From: an uncultured Pelagibacteraceae bacterium
Lineage (GTDB): Bacteria > Pseudomonadota > Alphaproteobacteria > Pelagibacterales > Pelagibacteraceae
Assembly: GCA_902594395.1 (NCBI GenBank)
Contig: CACJLZ010000001.1
Location: forward strand, 41,551-105,550
Direction: 5' to 3'
DNA length: 64,000 bases
This document shows, in pieces, positions 9,807 to 20,122 of the stretch (positions are counted from its first letter, which is position 1; each line of letters opens with the position of its first letter). The position numbers and the translations under genes were made by a program. The notes beneath the pieces are model-generated. The model was not told where the DNA came from. It made no database searches and saw only the letters and a program-made list of their open reading frames with translations.

Positions 9807-10295
9807 TTAATATTTCGATTTTTCACCAGCTATAACTGCTTTTAACTGGTCATATTCTTTACAATTACAATCTTTTAAAACTTCAAGTCTTTCAACTGCA
9901 AGATTATGTCTATTTGTGGCTACGTATAGTTCACCAAGATATTCATTTATACCAGTATGCTTTGGATCAATTTTTAATCCTTGTAGATAAAATTTTTCCC
10001 CATTCTCAAAATCACCAAGCTTTCGAGTTGTAAAACCAAGATAATTTAATGTATCAGCTTTATTTGGAAAATTTTTGTTAGATTGAACCAATAATTTTTG
10101 CGCTTTTAAATAACTTTTTTTTGCTTTATCTGGCTTATCTTTTTTTTCAAAGTTTTTTGCTGCTTTAATATGTGTAACAGCCATATCATATTTTGTTTTA
10201 GTTTTAGAGGAACCGCTATCGCTCGATCCTGCAGCATATGAGCTTGAGATAACTAAAGTAGATATAATAAGAGAAATAAGTAAATTTTTAATCAT
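9807..10295 (-). CDS. Secreted TPR-repeat protein
   Basis: Signal peptide; TPR-like ADTLNYLGFTTRKLG...GLKIDPKH...EYLGELY. Confidence 0.8.
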   Translation of the reverse strand: MIKNLLISLIISTLVISSSYAAGSSDSGSSKTKTKYDMAVTHIKAAKNFEKKDKPDKAKKSYLKAQKLLVQSNKNFPNKADTLNYLGFTTRKLGDFENGEKFYLQGLKIDPKHTGINEYLGELYVATNRHNLAVERLEVLKDCNCKEYDQLKAVIAGEKSKY

Positions 10296-11071
10296 ATAAA
10301 TTTTTTCATTTTATTTAATGTTTTTAAATTAAGTCCGTTATCCAGTAAATTTTTTCTTATAGATTTAGCTGTTTCCAAAGAACTAATATTATCGCCATGT
10401 ATACATACAGAATCGATTTCACAAGGTATTTGTTTCCCACTGTGACAATTAAGTGACTGAGTTTGCACCATTTTTAACACATGTTTTTTTGCTTGTTCTG
10501 GGTCAGTGATTAAAGCATGAGGTTTTTTTCTTGATACAAGATTTCCATCATCCTCATAATTTCTGTCAGCAAATATTTCACAGGCAATATTCATATCAAG
10601 CTTTTTAGCGGCTTGTTCCATTTTAGAACCGGTTGGCACTAAATAAATTAAGTCTGGATTTATTCTTTTAATTACTTTTGCTAAAGTCGTTGCTAAATCA
10701 ATATCCTCACATGCCATATTATTTAAAGCTCCGTGTGGTTTTATATGAGTTACATTTTCACCATGGTTAGACGAAATTGTTTGAAGAATTTCATATTGAT
10801 CAGTTATTAATTTTTCTAATTCAGAAGAGGATAAATTCATTCGTTCTCTCCCAAAATTTTCAGGATCATTAAAAGATGGATGTGCTCCTATACTGACACC
10901 ATTTTTTTTTGATATTTCTACAACTTGATTCATAGTTTCCTCATCACCTGCATGATAACCACATGCTATATTTGCTGAATTAACTATTTCAAGTAAGTCA
11001 GGATCATGCTTGTTAGAATGATGTTTAGATTTCTCACCTAAATCGCAATTTATATTAATTTCAATACTCAT
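10292..11071 (-). CDS. pxpA: 5-oxoprolinase subunit A (LamB/YcsF)
   Basis: NCDLGE, SANIACGYHAGD, GAHPS, HIKPHGAL, EIFADRNY, CIHGD. Confidence 0.93.
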   Translation of the reverse strand: MSIEININCDLGEKSKHHSNKHDPDLLEIVNSANIACGYHAGDEETMNQVVEISKKNGVSIGAHPSFNDPENFGRERMNLSSSELEKLITDQYEILQTISSNHGENVTHIKPHGALNNMACEDIDLATTLAKVIKRINPDLIYLVPTGSKMEQAAKKLDMNIACEIFADRNYEDDGNLVSRKKPHALITDPEQAKKHVLKMVQTQSLNCHSGKQIPCEIDSVCIHGDNISSLETAKSIRKNLLDNGLNLKTLNKMKKFI

Positions 11072-11092
11072 TATTCTTCAGTATAACATGGC
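11072..11092. promoter_or_regulatory. Putative bidirectional promoter producing near-leaderless pxpA and pxpB mRNAs
   Basis: 21-bp gap between divergent ATGs; TATAAC (+, 11082-11087) and TATACT (-, 11080-11085) overlap; no SD on either side. Confidence 0.5.
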
Positions 11093-11767
11093 ATGATAAA
11101 AAATATATCAAATCTTGGTGACGCAGCTTTATATTGTGATTTTGGTAAAGAGGTAAATAAAGAAATTAACACACAAGTAATAAAATATTTTAAAACTATT
11201 CAAAAAAAAAATATTGCAGGGGTGAATAATATTACCCCATCTTACAATAAATTAATTATTTCTTTTGATCTTAAAAAAATTAATTTTAATAAACTTAAAA
11301 AAGTAATTGATAATATAGAAATTATTAAAGGCGATAGCATACAAAACAAAAAATTTGAAATTCCTGTCTGTTGTGAAAAAGAATTTTCTTTAGACATAAA
11401 AAGATTAGAAGAAAAACTTAAGATGAAAGAGGAAAAAATATACGAGAGTTTTTTTGAAAAAGAATTTTTTTGCTATATGACAGGTTTTATCGCAGGAATG
11501 CCTTTTCTTGGAGATTTAGATGAAAATCTTAGAGCAAAACGTCTTGATACCCCGAGGGTTAAAGTGCCAAAGGGTTCAATTGGTTTGACTGAGCAATTTG
11601 CCAATATCTACACTTTTGAAAGCCCTGGGGGATGGAATATCATTGGAAATACTCCATTGAATATTTTTGATAGCACTAAAGAAAAAGAGCCCAATTTAAT
11701 CAATCCAGGTGATTTAGTTACATTTAAGAGGATTACTAAAGAGAATTACCAAAATTATCATGAATAA
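11093..11767 (+). CDS. pxpB: 5-oxoprolinase subunit B (KipI/AHS1)
   Basis: LGDAAL, PSYN, GFIAGMPFLG, PRVKVPKGS, SPGGWNIIG. Confidence 0.93.
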   Translation: MIKNISNLGDAALYCDFGKEVNKEINTQVIKYFKTIQKKNIAGVNNITPSYNKLIISFDLKKINFNKLKKVIDNIEIIKGDSIQNKKFEIPVCCEKEFSLDIKRLEEKLKMKEEKIYESFFEKEFFCYMTGFIAGMPFLGDLDENLRAKRLDTPRVKVPKGSIGLTEQFANIYTFESPGGWNIIGNTPLNIFDSTKEKEPNLINPGDLVTFKRITKENYQNYHE

Positions 11768-12704
11768 AAATTATTTTGAAATTATAAGGGCTGGTATTAA
11801 TTCAACTTTCCAAGATCTTGGAAGAAATAATCTTTATCATATAGGTATCCCATTCAGTGGAGCTATGGATAATAGAAATTATTTATTGGCTAATAAACTT
11901 ACTGGTAACAATCATAATGATCCAGTGATAGAATTTGCTTATCAAGGCCCTCATTTGAAATATCATGGAGATAAGATTAATATTGCTATCACTGGCGATG
12001 TCAGTTTCAAAATTAAAAAAGGTGATAATCTAATTAACGGAGAATGTTATCAATCATTTATTTTAGAAAATGATGACGAGTTGGATATTATATCAACTAA
12101 TAAATCTGTGTATGGATATCTAGCAATCAGTGGTATATTTGATTTAAAATTTCAATGGTCTAGTTGTTCAACTAATACTAAAGCAAAGATAGGATCCAAT
12201 AATGGAGAAAAGTTATCTGTTAACCAAAAAATTAATATTAAAGAAATTAATAATAACTTTGTGCATAGAAAACTAAATTATGTTAATACAAAGATAGAAA
12301 ATATTAGAGTAATTAAAGGCACAAATTTTAATTATTTTTCTGAAGAGAGTAAGAAAATTTTTTTTAAAAATGAATTTAAAGTTTCTAAATTATCTGATCG
12401 TATGGGAATGAGATTAGAGGGAAAAAAAATAGAAAATATAATTGATACTAATATTAGATCTGAGGGCTTAATTAAGGGGGTGATACAAGTGCCAGCTGAT
12501 GGTAATCCAATAATCATGCTTTCAGATCACGGAACTATAGGGGGATATCCTAAAATCGGCGTCGTTGTAAGTGCTGATTATGATAAATTAGTTCAATTAA
12601 CTCCTGGCTCCAGAGTCAAATTTCAGGAGGTCGATTTAAGTAGTGCAGAAACTCTTTTTAAATTGTATGACTTAGAGACTCAAAATTTAATTTCACAAAT
12701 TTAA
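11760..12704 (+). CDS. pxpC: 5-oxoprolinase subunit C (KipA/AHS2)
   Basis: QDLGR, SGAMD, SDRMGMRL, IQVPADGNPII, TIGGYPKI. Confidence 0.93.
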   Translation: MNKNYFEIIRAGINSTFQDLGRNNLYHIGIPFSGAMDNRNYLLANKLTGNNHNDPVIEFAYQGPHLKYHGDKINIAITGDVSFKIKKGDNLINGECYQSFILENDDELDIISTNKSVYGYLAISGIFDLKFQWSSCSTNTKAKIGSNNGEKLSVNQKINIKEINNNFVHRKLNYVNTKIENIRVIKGTNFNYFSEESKKIFFKNEFKVSKLSDRMGMRLEGKKIENIIDTNIRSEGLIKGVIQVPADGNPIIMLSDHGTIGGYPKIGVVVSADYDKLVQLTPGSRVKFQEVDLSSAETLFKLYDLETQNLISQI

Positions 12705-13582
12705 TGAATATTTTAAAAAGTTTACCCGGTCCATTACTGATATTTTTTGGCGCTATTAGTTTAAGCTTTGGTGGACTAATAGTTAAATCTTTTGAAGGTG
12801 CAACTTTATGGCAGATATTATTTTGGAGATCCTTATTTTTCTCTCTTACGGTTTTAACTTTTTTGATTATCACTTATAAAAGCAAAGTTTTAAAATCGTT
12901 TTATGACTCTGGATTACCAGGTTTTATTGGTGGATTAATATTATCTATTGGTTTCTGTGGTTATGTATTTGCCATGTATAACACCACTGTTGCTAATACT
13001 AATTTCATAATATCACTTCAAATCTTATTTTTAGCTATATTTGGTTTCTTTTTTTTAAAAGAAAAAATTAATTTAATTACGTTAATCTCAATTATTTTAG
13101 CAATGTCTGGAGTGCTGTTAATGGTTGGAAATTCATTATCTCCAGGAGAATTATCTGGAAATTTAGCAGCTTTCACAATGCCAATTACTTTTGCAGTTTT
13201 GATAATGATCGTTAGAAAATTTCCATCAGTTGATATGGTCCCAGCACAGTTTGTTGCAGGGATAAGTTCATGTCTTATTGGTTTATCACTTTCACCTACA
13301 ATAATGATTTCACCTCATGATATTTTTTTAGGTTTTTTAGCAGGATTTTTTCAAATAGGTTTTGGTTTTATATTTATAACAATTGGTGCAAGAACAACTC
13401 CTTCTGCGATGGTTGGAATAATCATGCTATCCGAATCCGTTCTTGGTCCTATTTGGGCTTTTCTTTTTGTAAACGAAATACCATCATTATATGGGTTGAT
13501 AGGAGGAGCAATAATACTTTTTGCTGTATTACTGCAGTTTTATACGCTTTTAAAAAAACCAAAGGCAATCGTTTCTAATTGA
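12704..13582 (+). CDS. EamA/DMT family transporter
   Basis: 10 TM; WQILFWRS, TTVANT, LKEKI, ESVLGPIW; TAATG-coupled to pxpC. Confidence 0.88.
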   Translation: MNILKSLPGPLLIFFGAISLSFGGLIVKSFEGATLWQILFWRSLFFSLTVLTFLIITYKSKVLKSFYDSGLPGFIGGLILSIGFCGYVFAMYNTTVANTNFIISLQILFLAIFGFFFLKEKINLITLISIILAMSGVLLMVGNSLSPGELSGNLAAFTMPITFAVLIMIVRKFPSVDMVPAQFVAGISSCLIGLSLSPTIMISPHDIFLGFLAGFFQIGFGFIFITIGARTTPSAMVGIIMLSESVLGPIWAFLFVNEIPSLYGLIGGAIILFAVLLQFYTLLKKPKAIVSN

Positions 13583-13607
13583 CATTTTAAGTTACTTATA
13601 GGATTAT
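13579..13607 (+). promoter_or_regulatory. Sigma70 promoter for the gcv operon
   Basis: TTGACA-N17-GATTAT immediately upstream of the riboswitch. Confidence 0.65.
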
Positions 13608-13612
13608 TGATT

Positions 13613-13759
13613 CACGGGAGAGACTACAGATAATCGTAGCGCCGAAGGAGCAACTACCCAGGAATCTCTCAGGCAAAAAGGACCGTAACATATTAACTCT
13701 GGAAAGAGATTTAATTCTCGCCGAAGGAGCAAAACTCTCAGGCAAATATACAGATGGGT
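13613..13759 (+). promoter_or_regulatory. Tandem glycine riboswitch (two aptamers)
   Basis: Two copies of GGA(G/A)AG...CGCCGAAGGAGCAA...CTCTCAGGCAAA directly upstream of gcvT. Confidence 0.96.
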
Positions 13760-13772
13760 ATAATGAGTTAAT

Positions 13773-14876
13773 ATGGAAACAAAAAAAACATCGCTTTACA
13801 AATTACATCAAGATTGTAACGCAAAGTTTGTTGAATTTGCAGGTTATCAGATGCCAATCCAATATTCTGAAGGTATTGTAGAGGAGCATAAATTCACAAG
13901 AAATCACTCTGGTATTTTTGATGTTTCACATATGGGTCAATTATTTATATATGGTGGCGATGAATTAATTGGAGATTTAGAAAAAATTTTTCCATTAGAT
14001 TTAAAAAATTTGAAATTAAATCATTCTAAATACAGCTTCTTAATGGATAAAGATGCTGGGATACAAGATGATTTAATCATTACAAAAATTGATGAAGGTT
14101 TTTTAATAATTCTAAATGCAGCATGTAAAGACAATGATTTTAAAATATTAAAGGAACTATTAAACAAAAAGTACAAAATGGTTTTGGATGAAAATAGATC
14201 TTTAATAGCAATTCAGGGACCAAAATCATCACAAATCTTAAATGATGTTGTTGATGGAGTAAAAGATTTAAATTTTATGTCTGGAAACTGGTTCGTATTC
14301 GAAAATCAGAAAGTATACATTACTCGATCCGGATATACAGGTGAAGATGGTTTTGAGATATCGGTTCCAAATAACTTTGCAGATAAATTGACAAGAGAAT
14401 TAATTGATAAAGGATCTAAATTGGTAGGGCTAGGAGCAAGAGATACTTTAAGATTAGAAGCTGGCTTATGCTTGTATGGTCATGACCTTGATAAAAATAA
14501 AACTCCAGTTGAAGCGAATTTGAAATGGGCAATTTCAAAAGAAAGAATATCTAAAGGTGACTTTATTGGTTCAGACATCATTATTAAACAATTGAATGAT
14601 GGTGTCACCAAAATAAGAGTTGGGATTAAACCTGAGGGAAGAATAATTGCTAGAGAAAAAACAAAAATATTTAATCAATTAGATGTCCATATTGGAGAGA
14701 TTACTAGTGGTACATATGGACCTAGTGTAAATGGCCCTGTAGCAATGGGATATGTAGAAAATGAATTTTCAAAAAAAAATACTAAAGTATTTTTAGAGGT
14801 GAGGGGCAAAAAATATGCAGCAAACATTTGTAGCCTACCATTTTATAAAAAAAGTTACGTAAAAGGAGCAAATTAA
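13773..14876 (+). CDS. gcvT: Glycine cleavage system T protein (aminomethyltransferase)
   Basis: [39 protein letters not shown]. Confidence 0.97.
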   Translation: METKKTSLYKLHQDCNAKFVEFAGYQMPIQYSEGIVEEHKFTRNHSGIFDVSHMGQLFIYGGDELIGDLEKIFPLDLKNLKLNHSKYSFLMDKDAGIQDDLIITKIDEGFLIILNAACKDNDFKILKELLNKKYKMVLDENRSLIAIQGPKSSQILNDVVDGVKDLNFMSGNWFVFENQKVYITRSGYTGEDGFEISVPNNFADKLTRELIDKGSKLVGLGARDTLRLEAGLCLYGHDLDKNKTPVEANLKWAISKERISKGDFIGSDIIIKQLNDGVTKIRVGIKPEGRIIAREKTKIFNQLDVHIGEITSGTYGPSVNGPVAMGYVENEFSKKNTKVFLEVRGKKYAANICSLPFYKKSYVKGAN

Positions 14877-15256
14877 TGAGTGAAGTAAAATATTCTAAAG
14901 AGCATGAATGGATAAAATTAGAGGGTGATGTTGCAACAATCGGCATAACAAAGCATGCAACAGAAATGCTAGGAGATATTGTGTTTGCTGAGCTACCTGA
15001 GAAAGGTTCTAATGTTGAAAAAGATGGCACTGCAGGAGTTGTTGAGTCTACTAAAGCTGCAAGTGATGTTTATACTCCAGTTAGTGGTGAAGTTGTTGAT
15101 ACAAATCAAGAAATTGTAGATGATCCATCCAAAATAAATCAAGACCCTGAAAATTCTGCTTGGTTCTTCAAATTAAAAATAAAAGATAAATCTGAAATGG
15201 ACTCTTTAATGAACAAAGATGACTATGATAAATTTGCAAAGGAGAATAATTCCTAA
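14876..15256 (+). CDS. gcvH: Glycine cleavage system H protein
   Basis: [19 protein letters not shown] lipoyl-Lys motif. Confidence 0.97.
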   Translation: MSEVKYSKEHEWIKLEGDVATIGITKHATEMLGDIVFAELPEKGSNVEKDGTAGVVESTKAASDVYTPVSGEVVDTNQEIVDDPSKINQDPENSAWFFKLKIKDKSEMDSLMNKDDYDKFAKENNS

Positions 15257-18126
15257 TGTTACATAATTCTGAAAAAGATTTTATAAAAAGACACATTGGT
15301 CCATCTGAAGATGATCAATCTAAAATGTTAAAAAAATTAAATTATAAATCATTAGATGATTTAATTAATAGTACTGTTCCAGAAAAAATACAGTTTAAGG
15401 GTGAACTTAATATTGGTGAGTCTAATTCAGAATACGAAGCATTAAGAAAATTAAAAGCAATTTCTAAAAAAAATGAAATTTACTCAAATTTTATTGGCAT
15501 GGGTTATTATGGTACATACACACCTTACGTAATTTTAAGAAATATATTGGAAAATCCAGGCTGGTACACATCATATACGCCTTATCAACCAGAAGTAGCA
15601 CAAGGAAGATTGGAAATGCTTTTAAATTTCCAACAAATGATTGTTGACTTTACAGGAATGGATATTGCAAATGCATCTTTATTGGATGAGGGTACAGCTG
15701 CAGCAGAAGCTATGGGTTTAAGTTATAGACTTGATAAAAGTGATAGTAATTTGGTTTTTGTCTCAGAAAATTGTCACCCTCAAACTATTGAGGTTATAAG
15801 AACTAGAGCAGAGCCTATGGGTCTCAAAGTTCTTGTTGGAAATGAAGATAAAGTTTTAGAACAATTAAAAGAGGATATAGTTTGTGGAATATTACAGTAT
15901 CCTGGAACTTTAGGAGATATTAAAGATCCAAGCGAGGCAATAAGCAAAATTCATAAGAAAAATGGTAAAGCTATTTTAGCTTGTGATCTTTTAGCGCTTG
16001 CTAAGATTAAAACGCCAAGGGAACTTGGGGCTGATATTGCAGTTGGCAGTTCACAAAGATTTGGTATTCCGATGGGTTATGGAGGACCACATGCAGCATT
16101 TTTTGCAACAAAAGATGAATTTAAGAGATCTATGCCAGGTAGAATAGTTGGTGTTTCAGTAGATAGACATGGAAACAAGGCTTATAGATTGTCTCTACAA
16201 ACTAGAGAACAACATATTAGAAGAGACAAAGCTACAAGTAACATTTGCACTGCTCAGGCATTGTTAGCCATAGTATCTGCAGCCTATGCCATTTATCACG
16301 GTCCAGAAGGAATTATGAAAATTTCTGAGAGAGTTTCTCAATTAGCAAAAAATTTTGCTGATAAAATAAAACAATCTGGATATGAAATATACTCTGATTA
16401 CTTTTTTGATACTGTCACTATTATTACCAAAGAAAAGACTGATCAAATTTATAAAAATGCTTTAAATCAAAAAGTTAATATTCGAAAAGTAAACTCTGAA
16501 ACGCTTGCAGTTTCTTTTGATGAGAAAAAAAATGTTTACAGAGTAAATCAACTATTAAAAATTTTTAATGCAGCGGAGTCTATAAAAAAAGAAGATCCAA
16601 CAGTAAGTTTACCCAATTTACCGAAAAGTTTATTGAGAACTTCTAAATATTTAGAACATCCTGTTTTTAACTCATATCGTTCTGAGACAGAAATGCTTAG
16701 ATATCTGAAAAAGTTAGAGGATAAGGATATAGCACTTAATAGAACTATGATAGCTTTAGGCTCGTGCACAATGAAATTAAATGCTACTGCAGAAATGATA
16801 CCTATCTCATGGAGAGAATTAGCTGAGCCTCATCCCTTTGTTCCTATTGAGCAAATGGAGGGGTATCGAACATTGTTCACAGATCTAAAAAATTGGCTGA
16901 GATCAATTACTGGTTTTTCAGGAGTTTCACTTCAACCAAATGCCGGTGCTCAAGGTGAATATGCAGGATTGATGGTAATTAGAAAATATCATTTAGATAG
17001 AGGTGATGAAAATAGAAATATATGTTTAATACCAAGTTCAGCACACGGAACAAATCCTGCAAGCGCACAAATGGTTGGAATGAAAGTAGTTGTCGTTAAT
17101 TGTGATAAAGAAGGTAACGTAGATTTTGATGATTTAAAGAAAAAAGCTGAGCTTCACTCTGAAAATTTAGGAGCTTTAATGGTCACATACCCATCTACTC
17201 ATGGAGTATTTGAAGAAAAGATTATGGATATATGCGAACTGATTCATAAACATGGTGGGCAAGTTTATATGGATGGAGCAAATTTGAATGCATTAGTTGG
17301 TATTGCTAAACCTGGAAACTTTGGTCCTGATGTTTGTCATATAAATTTACATAAAACATTTTGTATACCCCACGGCGGAGGTGGACCAGGCATGGGCCCT
17401 ATTGCATGTAAAAAACATCTTCAAGTTTATCTACCTAATCATCCAGTTGTTAAAGATTGTGGTCCCGCAACAGGAATTGGGGCTGTGTCCGCTGCTCCAT
17501 GGGGAAGCTCAAGTATTTTGTCAATTTCCTGGATGTACATTAAAATGATGGGATCTGAGGGATTAAAACTTGCATCAAAAGTTGCAATACTAAATGCAAA
17601 TTATATTGCTGAAAGACTTAAAGATCATTATCCAATCTTGTATAAAGGTTCTAATGGCAATGTTGCACATGAATGCATAATTGATATTAGATCGATTAAA
17701 TCAGAAACAGGTATTACAGAGGAAGATATTGCAAAAAGATTAATTGATTTTGGTTTTCATGCACCAACAATGTCTTGGCCTGTAGCTGGAACAATGATGA
17801 TTGAACCTACAGAAAGTGAAAACTTGCCAGAGCTAGACAGGTTTTGTGATACGCTAATTAAGATTAAACAAGAAATAGATCTTATTAACACTGGTAAATT
17901 TGATAAAGTTGATAATCCAATCAAAAATGCTCCTCATACTGACACTGAGCTAGCTTCTGATAATTGGACACATAAATATTCTAGAGAACAAGCTGCTTAT
18001 CCAGCTAAATTTTTAAAAATAAATAAATTTTGGCCACCAGTAGCTAGAGTAGATAATGTTTATGGTGATAAAAATATTTTCTGTACATGTCCAAGCATGG
18101 ACGAGTTTAAAGAAGATGCAGCATAA
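15256..18126 (+). CDS. gcvP: Glycine dehydrogenase (decarboxylating), single-chain P protein
   Basis: YTPYQPEVAQGRLE, TSNICTAQ, LGSCTMKLN, HINLHKTF PLP-Lys. Confidence 0.98.
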   Translation: MLHNSEKDFIKRHIGPSEDDQSKMLKKLNYKSLDDLINSTVPEKIQFKGELNIGESNSEYEALRKLKAISKKNEIYSNFIGMGYYGTYTPYVILRNILENPGWYTSYTPYQPEVAQGRLEMLLNFQQMIVDFTGMDIANASLLDEGTAAAEAMGLSYRLDKSDSNLVFVSENCHPQTIEVIRTRAEPMGLKVLVGNEDKVLEQLKEDIVCGILQYPGTLGDIKDPSEAISKIHKKNGKAILACDLLALAKIKTPRELGADIAVGSSQRFGIPMGYGGPHAAFFATKDEFKRSMPGRIVGVSVDRHGNKAYRLSLQTREQHIRRDKATSNICTAQALLAIVSAAYAIYHGPEGIMKISERVSQLAKNFADKIKQSGYEIYSDYFFDTVTIITKEKTDQIYKNALNQKVNIRKVNSETLAVSFDEKKNVYRVNQLLKIFNAAESIKKEDPTVSLPNLPKSLLRTSKYLEHPVFNSYRSETEMLRYLKKLEDKDIALNRTMIALGSCTMKLNATAEMIPISWRELAEPHPFVPIEQMEGYRTLFTDLKNWLRSITGFSGVSLQPNAGAQGEYAGLMVIRKYHLDRGDENRNICLIPSSAHGTNPASAQMVGMKVVVVNCDKEGNVDFDDLKKKAELHSENLGALMVTYPSTHGVFEEKIMDICELIHKHGGQVYMDGANLNALVGIAKPGNFGPDVCHINLHKTFCIPHGGGGPGMGPIACKKHLQVYLPNHPVVKDCGPATGIGAVSAAPWGSSSILSISWMYIKMMGSEGLKLASKVAILNANYIAERLKDHYPILYKGSNGNVAHECIIDIRSIKSETGITEEDIAKRLIDFGFHAPTMSWPVAGTMMIEPTESENLPELDRFCDTLIKIKQEIDLINTGKFDKVDNPIKNAPHTDTELASDNWTHKYSREQAAYPAKFLKINKFWPPVARVDNVYGDKNIFCTCPSMDEFKEDAA

Positions 18127-18132
18127 TTATTG

Positions 18133-19371
18133 ATGAAAATTGCTGTAGTTGGGTCAGGCATTTCAGGACTAAGTGCTGCTTATTATCTCTCAAAAAAAAA
18201 TCATGTAGATTTATTTGAAAAAGAAGACCACTTTGGTGGTCATTCTCACACAATTGATTTAATGGTTGGAACCAAAAAAGTTCCGGTGGATATAGGTTTC
18301 ATCGTATTTAACTTTAAAACTTATCCAAATTTGATTAATTTTTTTAAGGAAAATAAAATTGAAATTGAAAAAAGCGATATGTCTTTTTCTGTATCGGTAG
18401 AAAATTCAAATTTTGAATATTGTGGTAAAGGATTGAGCGGAATTTTTTCTAATAAAATGAATTTATTTAATTTTAGATTTTTGAAAATGTTTTTTGATAT
18501 CATAAAATTTTATAAAAAATCCGAGAAACTTAATACTTTAAATGAGGAAATAACATTAGGTGATTATTTGGTTAAAAATAATCTTTCTAAAGAATTTATC
18601 AATTATCATTTAATACCTATGGTGTCAGCAATCTGGTCTATGCCACCATATGCGGCAAACAAAATGCCTTTGAAATTTTTTTTAAAATTTTTTCAAAATC
18701 ATGGATTGTTTAAATTCAAAGATAGACCACAATGGTACACAGTTTCCAATAGAAGCAGGTCTTATGTAAAAACAATTCTTTCAAAAATTAGTGGCGAATA
18801 TTTTAAGAATTATAAAGTTAATAAGATCATTAGTAAAACAAACGGTATTGATTTGTATTACGGTGGAAAAAATGAATTTTTTGATTACGATAAAGTAATC
18901 ATCGCAACACATGCTGATCAAGCCCTGTCAATGATTGAAAACCCAACCGATCAAGAAAATGAAATTTTATCTAATTTTAATTATAAAGAAAATTTTGCTT
19001 ATATACATACCGATGAGTCAGTAATGCCTAGAAATAAGAATGCATGGTGTTCTTGGAACTCATCTATGAAGGAAAATGAAATTGAAAAAAACTCAATCAC
19101 CTACTGGTTAAATTTACTTCAAAATTTAGAGTGTGAAAAAAATATATTCCTTACACTCAACCCCTATTCTGAAATTGATGAGACTAAAATTTTAAAAAAG
19201 GTAAAATTTACCCATCCATATTTTGATCAATCTGCTTTAAATTATCAAAGTAAGCTTAAAAATTTGCAAAATAAAAGAAATATTCTTTTTTGTGGCAGTT
19301 ATTTTGGTTACGGTTTTCATGAAGATGGAATAAAATCATCTATTGAAATGTTAAAAAACCTTGATGACTAG
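18133..19371 (+). CDS. FAD/NAD(P)-binding oxidoreductase (COG2907; UfaD/RSP1091-like)
   Basis: GSGISGLSAA, GGHSHT, VDIGFIVFN..TYPN, GYGFHEDG; followed by DUF1365 and cfa. Confidence 0.85.
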   Translation: MKIAVVGSGISGLSAAYYLSKKNHVDLFEKEDHFGGHSHTIDLMVGTKKVPVDIGFIVFNFKTYPNLINFFKENKIEIEKSDMSFSVSVENSNFEYCGKGLSGIFSNKMNLFNFRFLKMFFDIIKFYKKSEKLNTLNEEITLGDYLVKNNLSKEFINYHLIPMVSAIWSMPPYAANKMPLKFFLKFFQNHGLFKFKDRPQWYTVSNRSRSYVKTILSKISGEYFKNYKVNKIISKTNGIDLYYGGKNEFFDYDKVIIATHADQALSMIENPTDQENEILSNFNYKENFAYIHTDESVMPRNKNAWCSWNSSMKENEIEKNSITYWLNLLQNLECEKNIFLTLNPYSEIDETKILKKVKFTHPYFDQSALNYQSKLKNLQNKRNILFCGSYFGYGFHEDGIKSSIEMLKNLDD

Positions 19372-20122
19372 TTCAATTTATAATGGAACAGTAATTCACA
19401 AAAGATTCAAGCCAAAAATACATTTCTTTAAATATAATGTATTTTCATTACTAATTGACTTGTCCGATTTAAATTATTTAAATAAAAAAATCAGTTTTTT
19501 TTCGTATAATAGTTTCAATCTGATAAGTTTTTTTGACAAAGATCATGGTGATAGAGATGGTTCATCATTGATTGATTGGGTAAAAAAAAATTTAATAGAA
19601 AACAATATAAATTCAGAAAATATAAAGATAAAATTATTATGTTATCCAAGAATTTTTGGATATGTATTCAACCCATTGAGCGTCTTTTTTGTTTATGATC
19701 ACAATGAAAATCTAATTTCAATACTATATGAAGTAAAAAATACTTTTGGAGAACAACATACTTATGTTTTTAAGGCTAAAAATAATAATCTTTTACAACA
19801 TAATTGTTCTAAAAAATTTCATGTATCTCCATTTATTGAGATGAATTGTAATTATTTTTTTAGAATTTTAAGACCTTCAGAGAAAATTTCAGTTGTAATT
19901 GATCAATATCAATTTAATGAAAAGATTTTATTCGCATCACAAGATGGAAAAAGAGTTGATTTTAATAGTAAAGAACTATTAAAATCTTACTTAAAACATC
20001 CATTAATGACATTTAAGATTATATCTGCGATACATTTTGAAGCGTTTAAATTATGGATCAAAGGAATAAAGTTTATTAAAAAAAAATTTAAAATTAAAAA
20101 TAATATTAGTTTTGAGAATTAA
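19364..20122 (+). CDS. DUF1365 family protein (UfaO/RSP1090-like)
   Basis: HKRFKP, GYVFNPLS, YEVKNTFGEQH, KKFHVSPF, IHFEAFKLW. Confidence 0.88.
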   Translation: MTSSIYNGTVIHKRFKPKIHFFKYNVFSLLIDLSDLNYLNKKISFFSYNSFNLISFFDKDHGDRDGSSLIDWVKKNLIENNINSENIKIKLLCYPRIFGYVFNPLSVFFVYDHNENLISILYEVKNTFGEQHTYVFKAKNNNLLQHNCSKKFHVSPFIEMNCNYFFRILRPSEKISVVIDQYQFNEKILFASQDGKRVDFNSKELLKSYLKHPLMTFKIISAIHFEAFKLWIKGIKFIKKKFKIKNNISFEN

